NCBI GenBank assembly: GCA_964658305.1
Contig: OZ210885.1
Span: 5,022,001 to 5,086,000, forward strand
DNA from: Leptogorgia sarmentosa
Taxonomy: Eukaryota
Direction of reading: 5' to 3'
DNA: 64,000 bases
The notes under the pieces are model-generated. The model was not told where the DNA came from. It searched no databases and worked only from the letters and a program-made list of their open reading frames with translations. Position numbers and translations under genes: made by a program. Positions 48,557 to 60,812 of the stretch are shown piece by piece. Numbering within the stretch: the first letter of the stretch is position 1; each line of letters begins with the position of its first letter.

Positions 48557-50289
48557 AGTTTTGGACTTGAAAGTGAAATGCTTTTTCAAATAGCAAATGA
48601 AGGTGGTATAAATATGTATGCAAGTTCACTGTAGCAGTCTGAAAACTTTATGTTTAACATGCAAATGAAATTTGCATAAACCAAATAAATTAGAATATAT
48701 TCACATATAATTTTAAGATATTTATCACTTCCATGTGTGACATACTGGATACTGCTTTACAAAATACACTTACATCCTGTCTGCATACTGCATTCAAACA
48801 TGATTCCGTTGCGGATGTCAATACATTTATAAACTATAGTGGTCCTACATCATACATAACCATACGTGACGAATTGGCCAGACAGGAACATTTTAAATTG
48901 CTAAATCCTGAAATTTACATTGCCCATATTGGCCGCCATATTGATTTCCGTGCAATGGTGCGATTGGGACCGAACTTAATAATTAACTATTTCTGTCGAT
49001 AAATTCTTTCGTCTCGTAATTGTTTTTAGAATCACTTTCATATATCTTTACACCCCAAAGATAATCACTAGGATTAGTCAGGATTGCCAATACAATAAAC
49101 AATAGGGTTAGAACTGGGGTTGGTTTTAGATCAGGATTAGAGATTAAGTTTCAGGATTTTTAATATGGAAATGACCTCTTAATCCCAGCTATGACCAGTG
49201 GCTATAACTTTATTTGCCGAAAAGTGGAAATTGAATGTTACTATTCATTTATGGAAACAACTTTGTCTGTCCGCAGGCTAATATGGCGAAAACACGACTT
49301 TTTAGAATATGAAATTGACTTTGTTTCTTTCAATGATAATAAATACGATTAAATCACTGATATGCTTTTCATATCCAACGATACATCATTTAATAAACTT
49401 CCTAGAAGCAACTGCATATCCCGGAAGGTCTTACAAAGCGTCCGTTTACAGCAAACAAGGGTGACCCTGATGGCTGAATGCTGATTAAATAGTTCAATAT
49501 GAGTTATATGACAATATCAATGAATAGTTGACAGTTATTTAGTAAGGTAAAGAAATAATACTTCCATGGGCAATATGTGCAATATATAATTCATTAATTA
49601 TTATCTGTTTATACTTTTCAATAAGCTGAGTATGGTATAACTATATTAAACAACTTGATTAATTGACCAATTATGAATTGCAGTATTGAAATACTTGCTG
49701 ATTTGCATTTACTTGCTTTGCTATTTATTAATAGCTGCTCATTAACTGACATTTTTTGATTTTTATGTTCATTAACTCACATAAAAGAATATTAACTCCT
49801 AATAACATTTTGCTTCCTTGTATTATTGCTGAAGTCCAAACATCTGTACAATATAAACAATGTTATTCAGAGTTACTATTTTTTGTATTTTATTAGAATA
49901 GTAGTGGGTCTCCAGGCTAGGAGATCATGGGAATATTCAAATTTGTCAATTACTGTCCATAAGCACCCCAGGTCACTGTGGTGTGGCCCCCAATTCAGCC
50001 CCTAATGTCGCAAGGAATTTTCTTTGAAAATCCCCAATGTCGCCAAATGTCGCCTATTGTCGCAGCGACATTAGGCGACATTGGCCCCCAAAGTAGGCCT
50101 TGCTTTGGAAAGGGTTTCAGCGATAAAAATCAAAGATGCCTACATTCAACTTCATTCAGATGCAAACGACATCGAAAAGTGGAAAGCTGTTATTTATACG
50201 GAACAAAGACAACGATTAAAACAGGAAATCTTTCATTTGCTTTGAGTATAAAGTTCCGCAGTTTTAAGAGTGCATTATCAGTTGACGAC

Positions 50290-50463
50290 ATGCCTTTGAA
50301 GAGGAAACAACGCGCGTGTGTTCGTAAAACAAGTAAACGAGCAAAAAAGGTTAAACGAGCGAGCAAACTCTCGATAACGTTCAGAAGCTCCAAAGTTATT
50401 ATTAAAAAGGCAACCGGGTGTAAAAGAATCGAGAAAAAACTTTTCATACTGAACAAACATTAG
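50290..50463 (+). CDS. Small, very basic protein (57 aa), possibly a DNA-condensing core protein
   Basis: MPLKRKQRACVRKTSKRAKKVKR...; tataaa about 40 bp upstream. Confidence 0.4.
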   Translation: MPLKRKQRACVRKTSKRAKKVKRASKLSITFRSSKVIIKKATGCKRIEKKLFILNKH

Positions 50464-50566
50464 CATCATCAATGTTTGTTCATATACAACAGACGAAGAA
50501 ATTGGGTATAAGCCTGGGACATTATCGGACCCTAGACGTTAAAGCAAACTCTCAAGTCCTAATCAT

Positions 50567-50953
50567 TTGCTACCAACTATTGATCGCGTAAACATGTCGT
50601 GGAGAGACTTTGTCACTCGCTGGGTAGCAAACCGAGGAGATCGTCTTGTTGTTATGGATTTGGTAGGCGAACTTATACGTGCCAATTCCGTTCCGGCAAC
50701 GTTGGTGGACAACGCTACGTTGCATACCATTTTGATAAAACAAGCATTGCTGGAAACCTTAAACACTGCAGTACTGCCCAACGCTCCGCAAGGAAGAACC
50801 TTCACTTACCATATGAATGTCAAGGAAGAAATGATGTGGAGTTTTGGTACAAAAATACAACAGCATATAAGGGAATTGCAAAAAGAAACAGGCGTGCATC
50901 TGGACCATTACCATAAACTAAAGATCGAAAACATGGACATAGATTGTTGTTAA
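50567..50953 (+). CDS. Maverick-associated hypothetical protein (start uncertain)
   Basis: Shares KQALLETLNTAVLP with the relic at 3430-3700; convergent with pPolB. Confidence 0.55.
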   Translation: MLPTIDRVNMSWRDFVTRWVANRGDRLVVMDLVGELIRANSVPATLVDNATLHTILIKQALLETLNTAVLPNAPQGRTFTYHMNVKEEMMWSFGTKIQQHIRELQKETGVHLDHYHKLKIENMDIDCC

Positions 50954-53544
50954 ATCACGTTTATTTTTAAGTATAACTTTTGTAACTATTTAATATCCAT
51001 AAGGAAATGTTTTGTAATTATTTACAATTACACGTTTATCATAAACAATGCGATAGTCTTTTTTCATGCGTTTTGTCTCGATTTCCTTCGTTTGGGGATT
51101 TCTTGTGATTCTAAACGGAATGTCCACCGATACGTGTCCCGTCACTTGACACTCGGCGTGCAAATACACCAATGCCCGAATCACGTCAAAATTCACTTTT
51201 TGCCTTACCGTACAGTCCAAGGTAATGCCACGGACTTTAGTCTCAACTTTTCCGCTGTTGGTACGGTAGCAATAGTTCTTTGGACCACCAGACGCAAACA
51301 CTGTAATGTATTCCCCTCCCAGCTCGTCGGTCAAATCACCCAGATGGTTGCCAAGAGGGGGTTCCTGTTCGTTCGGTTTGCTCACGAAAATCACCGAGTC
51401 TGTATCGTAGTACAAGACCCTTTCTTGTAACATATCCAAAACGTCGTACAATTTGAGGCGCGCGTAGGCGGTGGTAAAGGCATCGATGACCACGTTGGTT
51501 TTTGCATCGGGTTGAATAAAATTATCTGTATATTCGTACCGGACTTCAATAAGGTCGTCACTCACGAGGTCACCATCGAGCACGTTGATTTCGTCTGAGG
51601 TAAGATAGTCAAAGAACACCTGCGGATCGTCGATCTGTTCGGTTTTGACCATATTGGAACGCTGTGCAAACTTACCTAAACATAAAAAGACGATATAAAA
51701 AAATAAAAAAAAAAACTTCAAAAGCATGTAAAAGTTCACTAATACTTACCCCAAAACGAATTCAGCATTAATTTTGCCAAAGCGCGTAATCCTGGATTGT
51801 GCTCGATCTTGTTGGGATCCAAACGAATACCCGAGTTTTCAAAGTAGTCGTCCACGTAATGTTGCTTCTGCTCTTGCGTCACACAATCCTTCGGGTAGCC
51901 GCTCGCCTCTTGTTTGATTTTCAAAAACGCATTAATATACTCTTTGAACAACTCGTCGGAGGTATTGGGAAAATGCCACACTTCGTGGATGGTAAGAATT
52001 TGATAGCCCTTTTCTAAGGCTTTTTCCAGCTCGACGCTGCACCAGGTTCCTTGGATAGCTCTTTCGTTGTCGGAATGGGTACAGGGAGTCTGATTACATG
52101 TGTCGGCACACGTTTTGCAGAGTGAAAACATCAATTTGCCTTGAGTGCGATAGAGAAGGACAGGATGAAACAGACCTCGCGGTGGAAGCACCGTGCATTT
52201 GATCAAACCAAAATAGGTGGAGATGTCGTCAAAGTTTTCAGTGATGATGTGTGGATGGCCCACAACCGTCCGGGTCATTTTATTGCACCATGGATAAAGG
52301 CTCGTGAAGTCCACGTACCTAAACATAAAATTATTGTCACACATGGCGTAAAACAAAATCTTTTCATCTAAATTTTACCTTATCTTTTCATCGCCTTCGC
52401 ATTCATGGTAAAGCTTGGCTGCGTTGGTTCGTCCACCGTACAGGGCATCGCGAGGTTCCAAAGGATCAACGAGATCGTACTGATCGAAATATACTCTCAT
52501 CTCTTCATCGTTAGCTAACTCCCTGTTGATGGCGCACTCCCAAACTTCCGTCACGTTGTAACCCTGTGACTTCAAGTACTCGGTTTTTTCGACTGTTGAT
52601 TGGTGAAGATCATGCATGGTGTTTCCCACAACAGGATTCAGAGTATCGCGAGAGTAACATTGGATACAACCTAAAAAATTTTTTCATTAGTATATAAATT
52701 CAAACTGTCATTTTAAAGTAAAAAACTTACCATGCAAAAACAGCCGTGGAATTCGTATGCGGTGTGTGTTTCTTCGCGATACCCGTCCAACAAATAAGGA
52801 CCAACACGTTTTTCGCCGCCATTACGAGCATGCTGGATGTAAATTTCGTTTTTCTCTGCCGTATACGATAACCATTTCAGCGCAAGAAGGGACTGTTTGT
52901 TTTTGGGACAATAACCGTGGGGTGGAATAATGGCAATGGTGTTTTCTTCGAGATAATTTGTTCGATAAACGAGATTACATGCCGATGCGATAGTCAAACA
53001 TTTCTCGAAGGGATCGATATTAGTGACGTCGCAAAACAGCTCGCGGAATTGCATGCAGCAACGACGAAGTATGTCGACGTCCGAACGACAGTAGGATAAA
53101 ATTTCTTCTCGGAAGTTAAACACGTAGTTAGCGTCTTTCAATGGAGTATGCCACTGCAAAAACTTTTCTTTCGCAGAAGGACTCATTCCGTTTGGGTTGT
53201 AGTAGGGTGCAGGTGGTATGGGACCAACATAATCTTCGTTCTCTTTCTTATTGAAAAGGTGAGGGAAATAACCTTTTGCAAGTTCCTCGATGCCAAAGGT
53301 TTTGGGGAAATCGGCTAATCGCATAGGTATAAAGTTCAACGAGTCGATAAACTTGATCTTGAACATAGGTACTGTGAGGGAAAGGACTTTAGCACCTCGC
53401 ATGATGACATCGTACTTGACACCGTTCTCCCGTAGGAACTGCAGAACAAAGTAGCTGTCGTAACCCTGAAAATTGTGCGCCATCACAACACTGTTTGCCC
53501 ATTCCTTTTGAAACAGCCATTCGCAAAACTCGTTGCGTGTATTA

Positions 53545-56484
53545 ATTTGATTAATTAATTAATTTGATGTTTATTGGAACTCTCTTGCAGTAATTTACAC
53601 TGAATTAACGAGTCCATGCATGGTATTACTAAGGCTATGTTAAATTACTATATTTACAACATTGACTATATTAATGGCTATGTATTTACATAATCACAAT
53701 ATTTATAGGCTCAGAGTATTACTAGAGTTATATTTAGATAGTAGATAAAATTATTAAAACTATGTATAATTAGGGATATTTAAGAATATTCAAAAGTATT
53801 TAAAAGTAAAAAATTGTTCGGATCTTAAAGTTCTACATTTAATTGTGTCCTTGAATAAAATAGTATTGTCTTGCCCATTTCGTAGGCTATACCTGCATTC
53901 GCTTATCATATGTTTTGGGAGCATGAAATGCAGGGGATGATCCTCCTTCTTCATTTTAGTCATGTATTTTTTACATAACAGGTCGCGTCTGCTCTCCAAT
54001 GTTGGTATCTGTGCCATTATCATCGCCTCATTATAATTGTCTATGGAGGGGAAGATGATTCGAAGTGCCTTTGTCTGTATTGATTCTATTCTTTCACTTA
54101 AATAGTCAGGGATCGCTTGCCATATTGGGACTGCATATTCCAATACGGGTCTGATAGTAGTTAGGTACACTTTTAGTATATTTCTTTGCTCAACGCCAGC
54201 TCTACAAAGTACGCGGAGGGAATATAACTTCTTGCAAGCTTTTTTGTAGATATAATCAACGTGTTTATTCCACTTAAGATCCTCACTCAATTGAACTCTA
54301 AGTAATTTATAATTGGTTACTCTTTCTACTACGTTGCTGCCTATTACAAAAGGCCTCATTATGGAGTTGTTATTATTCATAAAATTGATTACCATTTCCT
54401 TGCATTTAGTTGGGTTGAGACTCATGTTATGATTGACAGAGAATTGATGTAGTTCATCTACCGTATGGTTGAGATAACTAATTGAGTTCCTGGGAATAAT
54501 CTCTAGCGCAGCTGTGTCATCGACAAACTTTGTCCTTAAATGCCAGTCAGTTATTAGCTTATTTGTCATAACCGAGAAAAGAATAACACCAAGTTTAGTT
54601 CCCTGAGGTATACCACCATTTCGGGATTTCCAGTCTGACAAAGTCCCCCCTATTCTAACAGCCTGTTTTCTGTTACAAAGAAAAGCATTAATCCAATTAT
54701 ATAAGACAGGATGGATATCCAATTCCATCAGCTCCTGCATGAGAATGTGGTGGTCAATACGGTCGAACCCTTTGCTAAAGTCGGCAAAAAAGAACCGAGC
54801 ACAGGCATTTCCGCTATCGAGGGCCTCGTAGACGGGCTGAAGCAAAAATAGTAGTGCATCCGTAGTGGAGTGACCCTTACGAGCAAACTGACGGGGGTCA
54901 ATTTTTCTTGTCAACTGTGGTAGAAGTCTCCTACAGAAAAATCCTTCCATAATTTTAGCCAAATTGCATGTTAGGGATATTGGACGTAAGTCACTCTCAA
55001 TTGATTGTGGTGGAGTTACTTTCGGTATAGGAGATATAATTGAAGATTTAAGTAAATCTGGGATATATGATTCCTTAATGGACTGATTGTAAATATCTTG
55101 AATGACCGGAGAGAGCTCCATAGCAAATTCCTTTAGTACTTTATTTGGGAGTTCATCCGGTCCAACAGATTTGGCTACTTGTAGAGATGACAGTGATCGA
55201 TAAACCTCTGCTTCCGAGACAAGGAACTCATTGGGGACATGCTGAATTGGATTGAGAGGCGATAACGGTGAAAAGTTCTCAGTTATGCTCAAGAAGAAGT
55301 CATTGATTCTATCTGCGAGTATCTTAACATTCCCATTGTCACCAAGAAATTGATAATGCCACTCCTGTTGAATGTCTTGTCCCATAAGACTTTTTATTTG
55401 TTTCCACCATTTCCGGGGGTTAGTCTGTCCCAATTCTGCAACTTTATGTTTATAATAATGTGACTTGGCCTCTTTAATTTCCCTTTGAATTTTATTCCTC
55501 CAGTGTTTATAAATGGACGAGTTTTTACCATGTCTTTGGAATGCGGTTTGGCGTTTTCTGATCCATATCTTGAGTTTATTTGTCATCCATGGACGATCTG
55601 TTTGGTGAACTTTTACTGTCCTTTGTGGGAGATAGCGATCGACACCTTGCTTTAGCTCTGTGATGAATAGTTGGAATTTGTCTTCGCAGGAGGAAGTATT
55701 AAGAACTGGGCTCCAATCTTTCTGGGTTATCCATCGACCAAACTCACGCCAGGCACTATCCCTCGTATCACGAGAAATAATTTTTTTGGTTACATTGTTC
55801 TTCTTAGGTCCTAGGAGTGGTTTCGCCAGTATTGTGAAATGATCGGAAGATGCAATTTTAGGTAACTGAGACAATTCAAATAATCCAGTCCGATTTGTCA
55901 GGAACCAATCCAGGATACCAGAATCCCTTGTCTTAAAGGTGACAAGTTGTTTGAGATGATTTGTTTGAGTCAGATCTTTCGATTTCAATCCAGTTGACGT
56001 TGGATTAAAGTCACCAGTAAGTATTACAAGCGCATTAGGCTGATTGGCTAATAGGTTGTCAAGGTTACGCCGAATATGTTGTCGGAGAATAATATTCTCA
56101 GATTCGCGATTAGAAGTCGTATGGTATATTACTGACAGTATTATGGATGTTATATTCCTTGGTAAACAATAGGGTCTAATTGAAATCCATACAGATTCAA
56201 CTCCTTCTTCGTTACATTGCTCTAGCCTCTTACAGGGAATTGTATTATTTAAATAAATGCACACTCCTCCTCCTATTGTATTCAGTCGGTCTTTCCGAAA
56301 TAGATTGTATCCTGGGATAGCGACAGAAGAATCTGGCACATTTGGAGACAACCATGTCTCGGTTATACATATTACATTGATATTATTAAGTTCAGCAACT
56401 TGTTGAATCTCGTCAACTTTCTTTACAATTCCCCTAACATTTGCTGATAAGATCGCTGGTATGCTGTAAGATTTACGATAAGGG
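53545..56484 (-). mobile_element. 5'-truncated LINE with uninterrupted EN-RT ORF, inserted into pPolB
   Basis: ITETWL, TGDFN, SSDH, LRPISLT, ADFSKGFD, GIPQGTKLG, KFVDD; AATAAA plus (TAAT)-like tail; atta at both junctions; removal restores FEGDN-TRNEFCEWLF. Confidence 0.93.
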
Positions 56485-57637
56485 ATTATCGCCTTCGAAC
56501 ACCCACTCGTCGCCGGCTTCGTTCTGAACGACGCACAAGTTCGGTTCATGGTTCCCGTTTTCTTGCCGACATTCAAAGTCGAAAAACAGTAACTGTTCGT
56601 ATCCGTCTTTGATAACTTCGTCCGATTCTCGTACCGGTTGCATGTAACAACGATGGTCTGTTCGAACGTCCTCTTTGCAAATAGGGCACCTGGTCGCGCC
56701 ACAACGATGCTTTTCAGGATCTTTTTGACAGCGTTTCACCACGTTTTGGCATTCGGAACATTTCACAAACGTTGCACAAATCGATTTTCCCGCAGATTGT
56801 TTATGTCTTTCGAAACACGCTCGACTTTTAAACGCACGGTTACAATCGTCACAACGAATCCACGATACGACGGGGCAATCGCCAGGATTACGACAGCACT
56901 TACACGCGTTTGGACAAAGGTGGTTTTCTTCAGAATTGTACCCTTTCTTACACGTATGACAATAGTACGAACGTGCAAAAAATCCAGGCATGGTGGTGAT
57001 CACATCGTAGTGGTTATCGTGCAGGTAAAGGTATATCTTCTTCTCTTGCTCGGGACCGACAAAAATAAGAGCGTTCTGATACTCTTTCGACACGATATTG
57101 ATCTGGTATTCGGAAAGGTGGGTTTGAAACTGTTTGACTTCGTCCAAACCGCAAGCACCCAAAGGAACGCCAGCTTTCTCGTGCAGGTCTCGAGCCAAAC
57201 GAGTTTGCATAGCCCAACGATGATCAACAATACTTTTGTACTGTGGATCCTTCTCGATTTTAGCTTTCGCAACAATCAATGCTCTTGCCAAACAAAGTTC
57301 GTCGTTGTTCTGGATGCGTACAATCGACTGTTTCTTTGCCAGATGTTTCTCGAGATTAATCTCCGCTCGCCTTGACCCCCTACCGCCATGGGGCATTTCA
57401 ACGTGCGTAATATTGACATCGACGCCGTCGTTGAAGTGAAAATCGCGATTGGATTGAACGACTTTTTCGAATTCAGACAGCACACGTTCGGTGGTTAAAC
57501 GGTCACGGGACATAAAAGGAAAGGAAATAGGTTTTTCCAGTTGCGTTGAACGGAGAACGAAACGTACTTGATCGTGAGACGATGCTCCTCCGATAATTTG
57601 ATTCAACAAATTTTGAAACATCTCGTGCAGTCGACCG

Positions 57638-58076
57638 TGGTATTGGGAAAGTTCCATGTCAGCAAACGAATTCGTAAACTGAACGTGGTAATCAATGCCC
57701 GTAGTGTTAAACTTTTTCACATTGACTTGTCTCGTACTTTGTAGATGAAACCCTTGTTAAGTATACAACATGTAAATCAGACGCTTAAAAGGGTGTCATA
57801 GTTACAATATATCATTTAGTGAAGATGAACAGCATATTGGTATTGGGAAAGTTCCATGTCAGCAACGTTACGTACCTTGTTAAGTATACAACATGTAAAT
57901 CAGACGCTTAAAAGGGTGTCATAGTTACAATATATCATTTAGTGAAGATGAACAGCATATTGGTATTGGGAAAGTTCCATGTCAGCAAACGAATTCGTAA
58001 ACTGAACGTGGTAATCAATGCCCGTAGTGTTAAACTTTTTCACATTGACTTGTCTCGTACTTTGTAGATGAAACCC
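57638..58076. repeat. Complex duplication with templated insertions in the pPolB 5' region
   Basis: A ~116-bp pPolB segment is duplicated around two copies of 58620-58710 and a 28-bp partial repeat. Confidence 0.85.
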
Positions 58077-58699
58077 ATCGTCATCATCCTGTCCTTGACC
58101 AATTTGAGGTTCGTCATCAATCTCATCATGGGATCGCTTTTCCCCTTGCGTTGCCATCTCATCGTCTTGCCAATCCCGCAAAAACCGCTCGCGTTGCTCG
58201 GGTGTCCACGTATCCGTAAGATCAGGTACTATTCCCAAGCGCTCGTTCTCCAAACGCCATTGGGAAATTCTATTAAAAATCTCCAGCTTTCTCTCGAACA
58301 CAAGTCGTTGTTCCATTTCACTCAATACGCACTGACTTTCCAAAGCCGTAAGCTCAGCTATCGTTTCACATTTCATAATCGAATCCATTTCGTATGAGAT
58401 CTAAACCAAAAATACGCTGTGTGGTAAATGCCTCCTATCTTTATCTCCTATACCGGTACGTAATCGGATATGTATTCGTGTCACTCGTACTATGAATGTG
58501 TAATCCTTATGTCAACATCTTACACACCGCATTGAATTCATGAGCAAATAAAGGATTAGCACTATTCACTGTGTCAACACCACAATAGATATACTATCGG
58601 ATACGTAACCCGTATTCGGTTACGTACCTTGTTAAGTATACAACATGTAAATCAGACGCTTAAAAGGGTGTCATAGTTACAATATATCATTTAGTGAAG

Positions 58700-59158
58700 A
58701 TGAACAGCATAGATCAAATCGAGTGGATAAAAAAGCTAAACGTTGACGAAACTGCGCCATGGGAAGTAAGAAAGCTCTGCGAGTTAATGAATGCGATCTT
58801 TACTGATGTTGTTAATGATAAAGTGCAAACATTGAAAAAAGAAAAGTGCTGTGGATGTGAAATAGATCATCCAAGTCAACGACGACATGATTGTTTAATG
58901 ATGAGTGAGGACGAAGCGTGGATGGAATACGGAGCCGAAGCTGTGCAGTTAATTATTGAAGAACAGTTACTACCAAAACTGTTTACCGAAGCCCTACGCG
59001 TCATGAAACTGGATCCACACAACGAAGTTATCGAACATTTCAAAAATTTACTTGAAGACACGGAAACAACAGCAGAATTTCTAAAGAGTCAAAAAACAAA
59101 ATTTTCCGAGTATCAAAACATTTTGGGCTATCTCTATTTTTGGAACAAAGAACACTAA
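58700..59158 (+). CDS. CCGCxxDHPSQxxHxC protein, element 2 ortholog
   Basis: KEKCCGCEIDHPSQRRHDCLM is nearly identical to the motif in 33741-34214. Confidence 0.8.
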   Translation: MNSIDQIEWIKKLNVDETAPWEVRKLCELMNAIFTDVVNDKVQTLKKEKCCGCEIDHPSQRRHDCLMMSEDEAWMEYGAEAVQLIIEEQLLPKLFTEALRVMKLDPHNEVIEHFKNLLEDTETTAEFLKSQKTKFSEYQNILGYLYFWNKEH

Positions 59159-59199
59159 TTGAACATTACGTTAATTAAATACACTTGTTATTTGTATAA

Positions 59200-59820
59200 T
59201 GCATGCTGCGGTTACGTACCTGGAATACATGCCGCGGTTACGTATCTGGACTGCGCGCCGCGGTTACGTATCTGGATTGCGTGCGGCGGTTACGTATCTG
59301 GAATGCATGCCGCGGTTACGTATCTGGAATGCATGCCGCGGTTACGTATCTGGAATGCATGCTGCGGTTACGTATCTGGAATACATGCCACGGTTACGTA
59401 TCTGGAATGCATGCCGCGGTTACGTATCTGGACTGCGCGCCGCGGTTACGTATCTGGACTGCGCGCCGCGGTTACGTATCTGGATTGCGTGCGGCGGTTA
59501 CGTATCTGGAATGCATGCCGCGGTTACGTATCTGGAATGCATGCTGCGGTTACGTATCTGGAATACATGCCACGGTTACGTATCTGGAATGCATGCCGCG
59601 GTTACGTATCTGGACTGCGCGCCGCGGTTACGTATCTGGATTGCGTGCGGCGGTTACGTATCTGGAATGCATGCCGCGGTTACGTATCTGGAATGCATGC
59701 CGCGGTTACGTATCTGGAATGCATGCCGCGGTTACGTATCTGGAATACATGCCACGGTTACGTATCTGGAATGCATGCCGCGGTTACGTATCTGGATTGC
59801 ATGCCGCGGTTACGTATCTG
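59200..59820 (+). repeat. 26-bp tandem array (about 23-24 units), consensus gttacgtatctggaatgcatgccgcg
   Basis: Directly visible; 26-aa periodicity in all three forward frames. Confidence 0.95.
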
Positions 59821-59890
59821 AACACGTGTCCCAGTAGGTATAAATAACACACACAATCAGAACTTTCATTTCACATCTAACCATTGCAAA

Positions 59891-60451
59891 ATGAAGTGTT
59901 TACACGGTGAACCAGCTGCTCAATCCACCACACAAAATGGAACCTTTTGGTACTGCAATCAAAATCCAAGCTGCCAGTTTTTCTGTTCCGCAGACGAAAG
60001 TTACCTGTTTGAAAAAGGCATAGCCGCTTGGAAGTCCACAAAACAACCTCATCCTTCATGCGACGGACATCGTAAACTCGCGAAAATGCGTGTGGTTAAA
60101 GATCTGATGAAACCCAGTTATGGAAGACCATTTTTCGTTTGCTCGGAAAGCGCACAGCCGTGTCGTTTTTGGCAGTGGGGTGACGTGGAATTCGAAAAGA
60201 AACCCGAATGTCGTCATGGGCTTGTCTGCAAAGTGTGTAAAGTGAAAAAAGACGGTCCAAACAAAGATCGAAAGTTTTTCTGCTGTCCTCTAGATAAGGA
60301 AAATTCGTGCAAATACTTTGAATGGTTACCCGAAGAACCGTACTATGATGCCAATCTCCTCAGACCCATCGAAAGGAAGCCAACAAGCAAGCCAGCAAAT
60401 TACTATTTGGAAAACAGTTTCATCGATGACTTTGCTAATTTGAAAATTTAA
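59891..60451 (+). CDS. Triple GRF zinc-finger protein, element 2 ortholog
   Basis: MKCLHGEPA..STTQNG.FW and YGRPFFVC align with 34320-34901. Confidence 0.85.
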   Translation: MKCLHGEPAAQSTTQNGTFWYCNQNPSCQFFCSADESYLFEKGIAAWKSTKQPHPSCDGHRKLAKMRVVKDLMKPSYGRPFFVCSESAQPCRFWQWGDVEFEKKPECRHGLVCKVCKVKKDGPNKDRKFFCCPLDKENSCKYFEWLPEEPYYDANLLRPIERKPTSKPANYYLENSFIDDFANLKI

Positions 60452-60509
60452 GATTTTGTAAAACACTATTGTATAATGTTAATAAACTGTTCCTTGTTTC
60501 AACATGTTT

Positions 60510-60700
60510 ACGTTTTGCGTACTAATTACTTTTTGCATACCCGTTATTTTTGCATACTAACTAGCGTGAACGTTTCGCATACTAATTAGCGTGAACGTCT
60601 TGCATACTAATTACTCGCTACTAATTACTTCCGGCGCTAAGGCACTCGCCCTCCTTGTATACTAATTACTTCCCTCGCCAGATGTGCCCTATAACCTACT
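60510..60700. repeat. Probable right TIR of element 2 with repeated (gc)atactaatta motif
   Basis: About seven copies of the motif; ends in taacctact like element 1. Confidence 0.6.
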
Positions 60701-60812
60701 ACCATGAACGTGACGCTTTAGTCCCTATGTTGCCTCATGCGAAGCCGCTATACTAGGGACCTATCTGTTAATTATATGTACTTGCCTACATGAAACCAGC
60801 AGTCTCTCAAGT

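Larger units (their letters stand above)
50990..58388 (-). pseudogene. pPolB of element 2 with three GT-AG introns (51676-51749, 52319-52378, 52671-52730), a LINE insertion and an N-terminal rearrangement
   Basis: Splicing yields HG|CIQC (after correcting a 1-bp deletion), KIR|YVDFTSLYP and LNSFWG|KFAQ; YYDTDS and GPKNY present. Confidence 0.92.
50250..60700. mobile_element. Maverick/Polinton element 2, left part missing
   Basis: pPolB, CCGC and GRF orthologs; right end ...taacctact at 60700 matches the terminus of element 1; no left TIR found; left boundary approximate. Confidence 0.85.

Noticed and set aside
48557..50250. Left TIR of element 2
   Set aside because: No agtaggttat... sequence complementary to the 60700 end was found; agtagtggg (~49900) and agtaggcc (~50092) do not extend.
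53790..56702. 970-aa ORF as a pPolB-RT fusion protein
   Set aside because: The first ~73 codons are off-frame pPolB sequence upstream of the LINE insertion point; this is chance read-through.
56638..57375. 245-aa plus-strand ORF and similar antisense ORFs across the window
   Set aside because: They are shadow ORFs opposite genuine coding sequence and carry no motifs.
59159..59847. Three overlapping ORFs of more than 200 aa
   Set aside because: They arise from a stop-free 26-bp tandem repeat; there is no independent sign of coding.
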